The position numbers were made by a program, and so were the translations under genes. Positions 37,601-46,989 of a stretch of DNA of 64,000 nt are shown piece by piece. Within the stretch, counting starts at the first letter, position 1. Each line of letters opens with the position of its first letter. The notes beneath the pieces are model-generated. The model searched no databases, was not told the DNA's origin, and saw nothing but the letters and a program-made list of their open reading frames with translations. Source of the DNA: a virus; IMG/VR virus record IMGVR_UViG_3300025276_000029, positions 7,553 to 71,552 of that record; one strand, written 5' to 3'.

Positions 37601-39267
37601 GTGTTAACTACGAGTTTGTGATGATTAGTGTTGTATTCTGTACCTCTATATTTTAAATCAAAGAATCTTTTGTCTTTTATTTCGTTAGATACCCATGATT
37701 TTTTATTATCAGGAACTTTGACTAATTCAAATTTTGGTGGTTCCGATATGAATTTTTTTATATTATCAACTTTGGTACACACTTTATTCATCTTAATCCT
37801 ATCTAATAAGATTGTGAAATCTACACAACTATTCTTTATTGATATCGTGATGTTAATTTTTCTATTTTCTATTGCATCTAAAACTAGTTTATCAGTAATA
37901 GTGGTTTCATAATTTAACCAACATGATTGATACCATCCAGTTAATCCGCTGAATATCTCTAACTGCTCTTGTTGAGTAGATGGTAGTGTATTTGTTTCTA
38001 AATATTGATTAAATAAATCCGTAACTAAGTTATCTCTAATTTGAGTACATAAATCAGCATTACTACTTAATAACTGACTTTGTGCGAGTGTTGGCATAAA
38101 TCCTGTATCACCAGTAATTATTATACCTGTCTTGCCAGATGTGGAGTCAATATAATTATATAGGTTATCAGTCCCAATATTCATTAGCGTTTCTTCATAA
38201 ACACTTGTTAGTATTTTTGTCGTACCTGTACTTTCTACTTCAAGTGTAAATGCAGTTTCGAATTGCTCAAACATATCAATATATGTAGTACATACACCTG
38301 GAATTGGGGCTGTGTAGGGTGTAGTTATGATGTTTCCTGTTATACCAGTAATAGAATTTGTTAAAGTTTGTAATTCAGCCTTACAGTTATTTAGTATGGG
38401 TGTATATTTGGTTATAGTGTCTTCCGCTCTTTCTCTATCATATATAGAGTAATTACACACACTTGTGTGATAGTCCCCTGGACTTGGTTCACTATCAATA
38501 AATGACTTGACTTGTGCGTTAGTGTAGGTTGTTGTGTCGGTACCGTAACTAGCTGACCATGTGCCACCTGTCACTACGTTAGTTTCCCATTCCTGTTTCC
38601 CAAGGTCTGTTAAACAATAACTTACCACGTTAGGGTCGAAAATACCATAAGCTAATGGAGGTAGATTGCCTCCATAGTATAACGATGGGTTGGTTGGAAT
38701 GGTTATACCATTTGGACCTATTACTCCTGGAGCTAAATATTGGATAACATAAGGTACTGAATCTGCGTTATCTATAATATCTTGGTAAAAGTCACACTCT
38801 GTACTTACTGTGTTTGCGGACGATTCTAGTTCGTCTAAAGTCGTTAATGTGGTAGAGTTGGCGCCGACAATCCCTAGAGCATTAGCTTTGGCTTTACGCA
38901 GTTTATCACATTCAAACATGTATAAATAATCAAAAGATATTTTTAGTTCGCAGGTTTCATTAGGTTCAACATTAAATAGTGTGCTTGAGTTTCCTTCTGG
39001 ATTCAATATAACCTTAAATAATTCGGAATTATCTAATGCCCACATACATTTTTGTGTTGTAACATCAAAAGTATAACCTAGTAATTCACAACATGGTTTT
39101 GTTTGGTGACTAGTTATAGGATTTTGAACTACAGCACCACTAGGTAGTGTTGTTGGTGGTTCGTATAGTCCAACTGTACCGCCAGATAGTTCAATTATTG
39201 TGTATCCGTCGGCTTCGTAAGAATCTTTAGTTCTACAATTTTTACTATATAAGGTTATTGCTGGCAT
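34606..39267 (-). CDS. Large Cys/Thr-rich virion protein with PA14-like module
   Basis: 1553 aa; GFAADD..KIKINGE..LSAGKN.IEIE; YWIDLIEQVVPATTIW. Confidence 0.7.
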   Translation of the reverse strand: MPAITLYSKNCRTKDSYEADGYTIIELSGGTVGLYEPPTTLPSGAVVQNPITSHQTKPCCELLGYTFDVTTQKCMWALDNSELFKVILNPEGNSSTLFNVEPNETCELKISFDYLYMFECDKLRKAKANALGIVGANSTTLTTLDELESSANTVSTECDFYQDIIDNADSVPYVIQYLAPGVIGPNGITIPTNPSLYYGGNLPPLAYGIFDPNVVSYCLTDLGKQEWETNVVTGGTWSASYGTDTTTYTNAQVKSFIDSEPSPGDYHTSVCNYSIYDRERAEDTITKYTPILNNCKAELQTLTNSITGITGNIITTPYTAPIPGVCTTYIDMFEQFETAFTLEVESTGTTKILTSVYEETLMNIGTDNLYNYIDSTSGKTGIIITGDTGFMPTLAQSQLLSSNADLCTQIRDNLVTDLFNQYLETNTLPSTQQEQLEIFSGLTGWYQSCWLNYETTITDKLVLDAIENRKINITISIKNSCVDFTILLDRIKMNKVCTKVDNIKKFISEPPKFELVKVPDNKKSWVSNEIKDKRFFDLKYRGTEYNTNHHKLVVNTKEVDLNLSPSRAVEQDVWCYVSDNNCILEGCISSGETYNSFSCPSGYTLDVDGDSCTELTVTATTSSATTYTVGPGVGLTNSVHYLSRGTIFVEDVTDNQWPIYWTGTTKDSWVGPYYNVDYLIDSSGNYLTHSGFGINKFSDGTLQYSSPDAFSGIKSKFGKNNSDVISSMFNPNILWGGTNGSVSASTYNNLTSTNNAGRLLNASVWSNPGTLPVQEWIGLSYCLELTETKTYRLGFAADDETKIKINGEYLINPVTAPSHYAGIHNNFSISYSRSIQSYVVMGIKLSAGKNIIEIEGYNNTSGIAGFVCEIYDASEAQLKNIRFESELNSVRIFSTIDRIGTTFDLGEFSAYSCPVGYSLDTCVSGSTVCTKIDRITREDEQSDEYCPCDGFPLIVKGYENKTIELPLSPSISTVTPASGCATSATTTTTTTNFVCNDITTLVNNYGTTTTLKPINVANGGTAYAIGSGTTTSFDGFWITEENNGTIGVYVSKWISGTTNTQENVSSQVNETCCKVIDDAFEIYADMFNQGINAYPNATWDKNTSKCVYSKCGDNGCIDLDDVLTTELSQIDTVNEFASTLSSELIDVKNRQTISSYATLRMLYDRYNTRSLEFCGINSSKYDYSDMDTFGKTVGNYWIDLIEQVVPATTIWGSTYAYKNTVFDQQKFNYKRGNLYLCNIPTSGTTSLPTTITSTVTTGIVKARSVLQNIPDGIYVDLWSANGTNSNPSDTGYYLFMFRGDNTELVNSGPYASDPSKVNVVIDNDNIYLGDATTTIKGGKRELKYYDGTTVTMGQSDSTTYSLSNFATDIENDFFSRNGVKLIVNPLVIGRQGISGNVHLEIYFDIEYLAYETIVKDITKVNQIDTITLNTTSSYQGPVSFDFDNGTNSRTELDGVTPLIWKPINTVSLITTTSTPTVVTPPPTILPLASNSTVSVISQVLPSSIPTTGTTGGLITLQPSITKCNGVWIKDTGCESDFLGEVTTIDINGTIIPS

Positions 39268-39348
39268 TAAATAAGTTTATTATAATTATTAGTTAATATA
39301 ATTTATTTTAAAAAATAGTAAATTATATTTCATTATATTATTAATATA

Positions 39349-42117
39349 TTACACTATATCTTTATAGCATCCGATTATATTTCTAGCTCTTTGTTCGTAT
39401 AACTGATATATAATATTTGTTTTAGTTGGGTTATCGGTAAATTCCTTAACACCTTTAGTGTTTAGTTTACATCCGTAACCTTTTTCACCTGTATATGGGT
39501 CTGTAATTAATTGATAATTAATATCGTAAAGGCCTCCTGGGCAAAAACCTGTATCGGTATTAACTACTCTTGAATCACCTTTAGGGTCTATAAATTTTAA
39601 ATAGTAGTTAGTTCCGATTAATTCCATACTACCTAGTGTCGAGCCTGCTAATACCCACTGACACGCTAAAGTGGAACCTACCCCTCTTTTTCTTGAATCA
39701 TGAAACGGAATTTGTGTACTTACTGAGCTAGTTTGGTTCGTTGGAACGCAAAGATATCCGCAGTTAACTAACTCCCATTGAAGAGTACTCCCAGTAGTAC
39801 CTGTACTTGTATTTATGTATTCTTCATGATAGAACGGTTTACTACCTGGGGCTAGTGCGTTGCAGCAATTCGGGTCTAACCATTTTGTCGTATTAGTGTG
39901 CGTACTTGATACTGTACCATCAGGTTCGTATAGTTCAAACTCTACTTCAATATAATTACCATCTAAAGTGACACCTGTAGGGTTTACTATATTTTGACCT
40001 ATCATACCTTCTTTACATTTCTTGTCTTTTTGTAGTTGATTTAAGTTGTTAGTGTATGGGTTATTATTAGTTACGTCAATCCTTAACGCTTCATCATCTT
40101 CAGGTATATCACATCCGCAGTCCGTTTGCTCTACTTGAGGGCACGGGTCTTTTATTATAGAACTTTCAACTTTTGAGATATTAGTTAAATCTACACCGCT
40201 ATCATTCTGAAGTGTAATGTGTGTGGCACCAGTGTATTGATTAAATAACCCAGAATTATAATTTGTAAATAACTTTGCGTCAGTTGTTGTGATAGTTGTT
40301 GACGTAAGTGTAAACGGTGTAAAGTCTGGAATTATATTTTCTAATTGATTAATATATTCTTTTCCCCCATCATAAGGTCCTACGTGTGGGTTATTACCAT
40401 TAAGTATGTATTGCGTTGCGGTTTCACCGCCAGTTTCCCTATACCATTGACCACCTTTTTGAAAGTACATATTTGGTGTGTCTCTAAAGAATTTAGGGTA
40501 TCCATCATAATCTACGTTGTATAGGTCTATGTCGTCGTCTAAGCCATTAGCTTCAAGCGTGGCATAGAATAGTTTCATATCTATTGGTTCTTTGGCTACG
40601 TATACGTGTTCGTCAAACTCAATAAGACCGTCTGGAGCACCTATTAATTTAAAGAAAAATTCAATTGTTTTTCTAGTACCTTTAGATTTCCAAATCCAAG
40701 ATGAATTAAGTATTAGCCTTCTCCATAATTCAGTCTCAGCTTCAGCTGGTGTTAGCCCTCTACTTTGTCCAGCGTAGGTCCTAGCGCCAACGTTTAAATA
40801 TGAGTTTACTAAGTCGTTCTCTACTATTGAACTTGTCAATTCCCAACCTAGTACTCTAGCTAAGTATTTAACTAATTGGTCTGGTGTGTTTTTTTTCTTA
40901 TCGTATGTTACAACGTTAGCAAATGATATACCGTCAATATATTTTTTTATCTCGTCAAATTCCCTACCGTAAATTTTTAAGGTTTTGTTCATTTTCTGAC
41001 CAGCAGTTTCTTCTTCATCACCTTCACAATTTGGTATAGTGTCAAAATCTGATATAGATTCAGCCGTTAAGAATCTAGCCATAAGGTTGGTTTCGATACC
41101 ATCCTTACTATTCGCTATTTCTATCAATTCACTTACAAATCTAACATATTCAGCAGTGTTGTAATCTATATTGTAACCATCAGTTGTTGGCCATGTTAGT
41201 GTTTTTTCAGAAATCGTAATTGTTCCATCGTCTTCATCTTTTTTGTAGTTGTATGTGGATGTGTATTTAGGTAATGTTAACCTGTTTAATAGATTATTTT
41301 CATATTGACTTATACTATTAAAAAAAGACTCTTCAATAATCTTATTTGGTTTTATATGGTATGTTGGGGTACTATCTGCTGAACCATTAAAACCAAATGG
41401 GTCACCTTCTACTTCTAGTTTGATTGTATCGTTACCAATACTTGTTGCTCCTGAAAACCCTAATACTTTATATTCGTTATCATTAATTAATATAACGTAA
41501 TCAGCATAACTAACTTGTAGGTTTCTGAGTTTGTTTTTTTTATTAAATGTATTTATTATTGTTCCGTTATTTAAAAAATTAATATCAAATTTATTATCAA
41601 TGAAGTTGACATCAACATTAAATGTTGCCTTATTCAAGACTGAATTATAATTATAGTTAGATATAGTGTCACCTACAATCGTATTTATACCATCATTTCT
41701 TAACGGTGTAACATATAGTGAGGCTGGCCAATTTGTAATTATATTTTCAAGACTAACTCTAATAAATTCCGTAGCAGAACCAAAGTATACTAAATCACAT
41801 AAGTTACCATTATCTAGATTAAGGGTTACTTTAATGTTGTTATTTAGTATTAACTTACTACCAAAACTTGTCAAGTCGTAGCTATCTAGTGAGTAGAAAT
41901 TACTATATTTTTTACTTGTATATAGTCTGGTGAGTCTACCCCCGTAATTTGTCGTAGTTACGAAATTACCGAATGTAAATACAGACGTCTCTCCGTCAGC
42001 GTTTTCAGTTTGCTGATTACCTACTAGTCCGTCACTAAAGTTTCTATATTCGATTCCACCATTATAAAAGACTCTTTGTGCGTAACCCGCTACCTTTACT
42101 CTGTTATTTTCACCCAT
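39349..42117 (-). CDS. Baseplate wedge/tail protein (P2 gpI/T4 gp7-like motif)
   Basis: PDQLV..LA..LGW, LWRRLILN..WIWKSKGTRKTIEFF. Confidence 0.6.
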   Translation of the reverse strand: MGENNRVKVAGYAQRVFYNGGIEYRNFSDGLVGNQQTENADGETSVFTFGNFVTTTNYGGRLTRLYTSKKYSNFYSLDSYDLTSFGSKLILNNNIKVTLNLDNGNLCDLVYFGSATEFIRVSLENIITNWPASLYVTPLRNDGINTIVGDTISNYNYNSVLNKATFNVDVNFIDNKFDINFLNNGTIINTFNKKNKLRNLQVSYADYVILINDNEYKVLGFSGATSIGNDTIKLEVEGDPFGFNGSADSTPTYHIKPNKIIEESFFNSISQYENNLLNRLTLPKYTSTYNYKKDEDDGTITISEKTLTWPTTDGYNIDYNTAEYVRFVSELIEIANSKDGIETNLMARFLTAESISDFDTIPNCEGDEEETAGQKMNKTLKIYGREFDEIKKYIDGISFANVVTYDKKKNTPDQLVKYLARVLGWELTSSIVENDLVNSYLNVGARTYAGQSRGLTPAEAETELWRRLILNSSWIWKSKGTRKTIEFFFKLIGAPDGLIEFDEHVYVAKEPIDMKLFYATLEANGLDDDIDLYNVDYDGYPKFFRDTPNMYFQKGGQWYRETGGETATQYILNGNNPHVGPYDGGKEYINQLENIIPDFTPFTLTSTTITTTDAKLFTNYNSGLFNQYTGATHITLQNDSGVDLTNISKVESSIIKDPCPQVEQTDCGCDIPEDDEALRIDVTNNNPYTNNLNQLQKDKKCKEGMIGQNIVNPTGVTLDGNYIEVEFELYEPDGTVSSTHTNTTKWLDPNCCNALAPGSKPFYHEEYINTSTGTTGSTLQWELVNCGYLCVPTNQTSSVSTQIPFHDSRKRGVGSTLACQWVLAGSTLGSMELIGTNYYLKFIDPKGDSRVVNTDTGFCPGGLYDINYQLITDPYTGEKGYGCKLNTKGVKEFTDNPTKTNIIYQLYEQRARNIIGCYKDIV

Positions 42118-42121
42118 TTAA

Positions 42122-43033
42122 TTATGTATTTGATACGTCGTTGAATCCTTTTGTGAAATCAATGTTATTAAGTCTATCTTCTTTAATTTCGAATAATGGT
42201 TTACCAGTAAATCTATCTTTAATTTCATATAGATTATATTGTTTATAAATTTCATTCGTAAAGTTGTATATACTATAAATACCATCCTCAAGACCCTTAC
42301 TTTGATTACCAAACATACCAATTGCGAGACTTTCAATGTCGTAGTCAACAATTTCTACTTCCATAATAAATGGTGAAAAAAATGTGTTTGTGATGATTAT
42401 TTCTTGATTTGGTGAACCAATGTACGGAAGTGTGTTTGGGTTAACATTTGATGGGGCTGATGGTGATAGCGTACAAAAAACAAGTGACGAGTTGTTATTA
42501 AATCTGTATCTAATAGCTTTTTGGTTAACATTTGTTAAGTTTTGGTTAACAGGTTCTGCTCTATTATTTGACGTAACTATTCTAAAGAAGTTTTTTATTT
42601 TTCTATCAGAAGCTGATGTGTCAGTATTAATATATTCAATTCTGTAACCAACTAAGTTATTGTTTTCAAATGCCCCTATATTTTGACTTACATTAAAGTC
42701 TGAGGTATCTAGAACTAGACCTTTTATGTCTGGAAAAGCAGATAAAACACCACAATCTACAATCCTAGTTCTAATTTCCCTAGGTTTGAATGTTATAGTA
42801 TATATCCCTTTAGTTCCAAATTCACTAATAGGTAATTTAAGTGTATATAACCCCCCGAAAATCTCAAACCCTGTTGTGTTCTTTGGGTTGTTTATTGGTA
42901 TTAAGTTAGATGAACTTAAACTAAACACTCTTGTGTTAGATGATTCTCTATTTGCTGAGTAAAATACTGTCATTTCTACGTCACTTGGTAACATATCTGC
43001 AGGTCTTATTGTACCGTAAACTCCACTTGCCAT
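42122..43033 (-). CDS. Virion structural protein
   Basis: 303-aa ORF in structural block; GATATTTATA upstream. Confidence 0.65.
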   Translation of the reverse strand: MASGVYGTIRPADMLPSDVEMTVFYSANRESSNTRVFSLSSSNLIPINNPKNTTGFEIFGGLYTLKLPISEFGTKGIYTITFKPREIRTRIVDCGVLSAFPDIKGLVLDTSDFNVSQNIGAFENNNLVGYRIEYINTDTSASDRKIKNFFRIVTSNNRAEPVNQNLTNVNQKAIRYRFNNNSSLVFCTLSPSAPSNVNPNTLPYIGSPNQEIIITNTFFSPFIMEVEIVDYDIESLAIGMFGNQSKGLEDGIYSIYNFTNEIYKQYNLYEIKDRFTGKPLFEIKEDRLNNIDFTKGFNDVSNT

Positions 43034-43068
43034 TTTAAATTATTTTTATTTCTTTATTATAAATATCA

Positions 43069-43971
43069 CTATTTTTGTAAATTATAGAAACCATTTCCAT
43101 AATTTATTAATTCTTCCATATTTGTTATATCACTAAGTTGCATATGACTCTGAATAACCGTTGACCTACCTCTATCGATGAATAAATCATTAAAGACTGT
43201 AGGTGATTCAGTTATCCCAAATAAATAACCTTCTCTAGTTTCTGCGGATAAGTGAATGTTGGTTTCGTTAAACCCTTCAGAATTGTAATTAATTTCAGTA
43301 TATGGTATTTTATATTTACCAAGAACATTACTAGTTATAGTTCTGGTTTCTCCAGTTTTAGTCGTATAATAAATACCTCTTTTAGTTATTGGTAATAGCG
43401 CAAGTTCTGCTGGGTCTGTATCGCCTTCAATTAAATATGTTATCGGATTTAGATTACTATTTGATATAACTCTTGTCCCAGAAATAAATGGTGCGTTTTG
43501 ATAATCAATAGCACTAATATTTCTGGTTATATCAAAATTTGGTTTGTACCTTAAATTAGCGTCGTATGAAACTACAGAGTCAAGTCTATTTTCTGTAAGT
43601 CCAGTAACTTGTATAGGTAGGGTAAAGTACTGATTAATGGTCTTATCTGGATATCTTGTATTAGGATAAGCTCCTGTTTGTGAGAAATTTGTTGTACCAC
43701 CTGTCATAAAATTAAATTTATAACCGTTATTGTAAATTGTAGTTCCAGATTTTATTAACCCTTGGTAGTCAACTAATAAATTTTTATTATTTGGGTCTGT
43801 AGTGTAATTCCATTTAGCTATAAACGGTAATTCGGTAGAAACGCCCATATCATCAGTGTCTTGTGTGAAAAATACATTAATATTAAATGTACTTGCAGTC
43901 ATTTGTCCCCAATTAGATTGTTCTCTACTTGTATAATTATCTAACGCTATTTTTCTCTTTATAACCTCCAT
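43069..43971 (-). CDS. Virion structural protein
   Basis: Context; DLFIDRGR C-terminal motif. Confidence 0.6.
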   Translation of the reverse strand: MEVIKRKIALDNYTSREQSNWGQMTASTFNINVFFTQDTDDMGVSTELPFIAKWNYTTDPNNKNLLVDYQGLIKSGTTIYNNGYKFNFMTGGTTNFSQTGAYPNTRYPDKTINQYFTLPIQVTGLTENRLDSVVSYDANLRYKPNFDITRNISAIDYQNAPFISGTRVISNSNLNPITYLIEGDTDPAELALLPITKRGIYYTTKTGETRTITSNVLGKYKIPYTEINYNSEGFNETNIHLSAETREGYLFGITESPTVFNDLFIDRGRSTVIQSHMQLSDITNMEELINYGNGFYNLQK

Positions 43972-45146
43972 TACATTGTACTTATTTCATACAGTTCTAT
44001 ATTATACTTACCAGTAGTTACATTAGATGTAGTTACATTTGATGTAGTTACATTAGATGAGTAGTTTTCATCTATCTCGTAGAAGTAACCGTCAATATCC
44101 CTTGTTAATATATATCTAGTATATAAGTTATTTTTAACACTTGTACCTGTTAAGTTCATAGTTGTCATCATTAGTTCATCAATAGGTAGGTTGGGACTAT
44201 TTGAAGATATCAGACCTGTTGATATACCAGTCTTAGCGTTATTAAATTTAGCCTTCATGTAAAGGTGTTTAGGTGCATTAAGTATTTTAGGTGGTATTTC
44301 ATCCTTAAAATGATATAAAGCAAATCCTTCACCATTTCCGTTTCTATCTAATAACGTGTTAGTTAATTCAAAATCCAATTGGTAAGTTGTTGGGTCTGGC
44401 ACATTACCCTGCCCTGCAGCGGCAATATCTATTGAACTAAATTTAGGGTATAGTGTGATAAATGATATAAAATTTTGATTTGTAGCTATATCGCTATCGT
44501 AAAAATCAAGCCTTAAAAAACTTTTAGTAAATGATTTCTTTTTAAAAAGAAAATCGTTATAATCGAAACCTATGTCAGACCAAAAGTTTGATTTTTTTTT
44601 AATTGAACTTTTGGTGATAGTCCCGTTGATTAAAGCTAAATTTGAAGGTGTAGGGTTTATGTCAATAACAAATACTGTGGGTGAATCAAGTCTTTTTACT
44701 GTAAACTCTTTATCAAAAATATTACTTAGCGGACTTAATATTACAATTTTTTCACCTAATTTTAAATTATGTACTTTTGATGTTTCAAGAGCTAACATAC
44801 TACTTGTTATTACATTCCCACTGTTTCCTACAATTGCAATGGAAGAGGAATAACTTAATATAGTTACCGAAGATGCTCCGATTAAATTATTGCTTTCTGT
44901 TTCTAGTAAATTAATATTATATGTTATATCAGTTATTGGAACAGTATCATCTTTAGGTAGTAGTTTTACCTTTTCATAATCATATATGACGTTAACAGCC
45001 TTGTCTACTTCAGTCTCTATGAATTCACTTTCAATTGACTCTTGTTGTCCGACAAAGCCTACATTTTGACTCATAGATAAACTAATGTCGTAACCTGTGG
45101 TCCCGCTTAATTGTGAATTAACTATCGTATATTTATTAACAAACAT
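43971..45146 (-). CDS. Virion structural protein
   Basis: Context; FTKSFLRLDFYDS; SNVTT three times. Confidence 0.6.
   Translation of the reverse strand: MFVNKYTIVNSQLSGTTGYDISLSMSQNVGFVGQQESIESEFIETEVDKAVNVIYDYEKVKLLPKDDTVPITDITYNINLLETESNNLIGASSVTILSYSSSIAIVGNSGNVITSSMLALETSKVHNLKLGEKIVILSPLSNIFDKEFTVKRLDSPTVFVIDINPTPSNLALINGTITKSSIKKKSNFWSDIGFDYNDFLFKKKSFTKSFLRLDFYDSDIATNQNFISFITLYPKFSSIDIAAAGQGNVPDPTTYQLDFELTNTLLDRNGNGEGFALYHFKDEIPPKILNAPKHLYMKAKFNNAKTGISTGLISSNSPNLPIDELMMTTMNLTGTSVKNNLYTRYILTRDIDGYFYEIDENYSSNVTTSNVTTSNVTTGKYNIELYEISTM
44014..44058. repeat. 15-bp tandem repeat, three copies (SNVTT)
   Basis: GTAGTTACATT(A/T)GAT three times. Confidence 0.85.
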
Positions 45147-46965
45147 CTTGTCCTTTTTTTACTATAAAATTATCAGTAATAGCGTCACCTATTGGGTCTG
45201 GTGGGTCAAAAGGTCCGTTCCCAGTGATATTACCTTGGTAGTATAAATCGTATTGACCAAATGGGTCTTGTCTTTTAGTCATGAGACATATGTTTTGGTG
45301 TATATAGTGGGCACCATTTGTAAATGGATAGTCTAGCTCTTCACCTTCCCCATCATAAACTCCAATATCTAATAAATCTCTCCATAGGTATCTCCCGTCA
45401 TTAACACCTAAATATTCACGGTAATCTGGAATACCACCTGTCTTCTCATCACCTTGTTCTATATATAGTGAGAATTCTCTAATTTTAAATAGATAATGAG
45501 GTTTATATAAATAACCTTCTCTTCTAGGACCTTTAGCGAGTCTTGATGCATTTGCATTTTCTCTATCAACGGTGTTAAACCTATGTAGTACATCTGCTAG
45601 TTTAGTTTCTCTAAGTGTAAACTTGTTGTACTCAACAACGTCACCATAAAACCAGTCTTTAGTGTTGAAAGTGCTACCGTATATATTACCTTCATTTGGT
45701 AGTGTAATGTGGCTGTCGAAGCCAGTCCAAGATGCAGGTCCGTCGTGAATTCTCCTAACATTACTTATTTTGGTATCAGTTAGATTACCTTCTATAAATT
45801 CTAAATCCAAACCTGACTTTAACGGACCAAACATACCGTCACTATCGGTTTTTATAAAGGTAATATATAACTCACTAAGTGGTCTACCTAAATTATCACG
45901 TATTTCAACACCTGAGTCATCAATCCCTACATCTATATCTTCGTTGATGATGAACTGGTAGTTTAAGTCATTAAATATTGTTCTACTGAAACCTAATGGA
46001 TACATTTCGTAATCATCCTTTAACAGTATCTTTTTGAATTTTCTTAAATAGTATCTTGATGGTTCACCGTTGACTAGTTTTTTCATTCTACCAGTACTGT
46101 TTATAATACCTAAAGTATTTGGTTTTACGTCTATTACGAAGTAATTAGCTAAGTAATCACCATTATTAAGACCTAGTCTTTTTACTGTATGGTCACCATT
46201 ATAACTTGCAGTCATTCCAGTTAGTCTAACCCTGTCACCGTTTTCTAACCCATGTTGTGTACTAGTACTTAAGGCTACCATTGGTATACCTCCCACTTCT
46301 ACCGCTGCTGCTGAAACTATTAGTAACCCGCCATTAACAACGTGATGTGTGTCGTCACTATCGTATGGGTATGTTACTGTTAGTTGCCAATTTTTATCAA
46401 TACTTGAGTTTAGGTCAAATCTATCTCTAGTTGGTTCGATATCAATGAAGTTACAAAAACCTGATTTACTAATGTCTGGGTTAGTAAATCCAAACCAACC
46501 TTGATTCTCTTGTAAGTAAGTGTTAAGTGAGTCTTTATATGTTAAATCTAATTTACCTATTGAATTCTGGAATATAGAGGGTGATGCGTCAGAACTAGTT
46601 TGGTCCTTTACAAAGTACTTTGCAAAGAACACGTCTAAACCATTACCTGTTTCGGGAGGAGTAAAGTTACTAACGCTACCATAAGTAAAGTTTGCAGTCA
46701 CATTATTAAGTGAATAAAAGGATGGTTTTGTAGTCACGTTCATTAGTGGATTACTAAATAAAGGTTGAACTGTACCTTGTAATCTGTATATTTTTGACTT
46801 ATTTCGCTCTTTAGCAAACTCAGCACCAACATCAACCACATGATTTATTTCACCAACGGGTAATACTTTTCTTTCACCACCGAACCCTACTTTTATAAAT
46901 GTATCCTGGTTCACGTCGTTTTTAGAACTACTCTCTCTTAATTTATATTTTAATCTATTTCTCAT
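45136..46965 (-). CDS. Virion structural protein
   Basis: HGLENGDRVRLTG..YNG beta-module; DNLGRPLSELY; YLWRDLLDIG. Confidence 0.65.
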   Translation of the reverse strand: MRNRLKYKLRESSSKNDVNQDTFIKVGFGGERKVLPVGEINHVVDVGAEFAKERNKSKIYRLQGTVQPLFSNPLMNVTTKPSFYSLNNVTANFTYGSVSNFTPPETGNGLDVFFAKYFVKDQTSSDASPSIFQNSIGKLDLTYKDSLNTYLQENQGWFGFTNPDISKSGFCNFIDIEPTRDRFDLNSSIDKNWQLTVTYPYDSDDTHHVVNGGLLIVSAAAVEVGGIPMVALSTSTQHGLENGDRVRLTGMTASYNGDHTVKRLGLNNGDYLANYFVIDVKPNTLGIINSTGRMKKLVNGEPSRYYLRKFKKILLKDDYEMYPLGFSRTIFNDLNYQFIINEDIDVGIDDSGVEIRDNLGRPLSELYITFIKTDSDGMFGPLKSGLDLEFIEGNLTDTKISNVRRIHDGPASWTGFDSHITLPNEGNIYGSTFNTKDWFYGDVVEYNKFTLRETKLADVLHRFNTVDRENANASRLAKGPRREGYLYKPHYLFKIREFSLYIEQGDEKTGGIPDYREYLGVNDGRYLWRDLLDIGVYDGEGEELDYPFTNGAHYIHQNICLMTKRQDPFGQYDLYYQGNITGNGPFDPPDPIGDAITDNFIVKKGQDVC

Positions 46966-46989
46966 ATCTTAAAGTAATTAATTTAGTAT

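Noticed and set aside
42118-42351. 77-aa minus-strand ORF
   Set aside because: Alternative frame nested in the 303-aa structural gene
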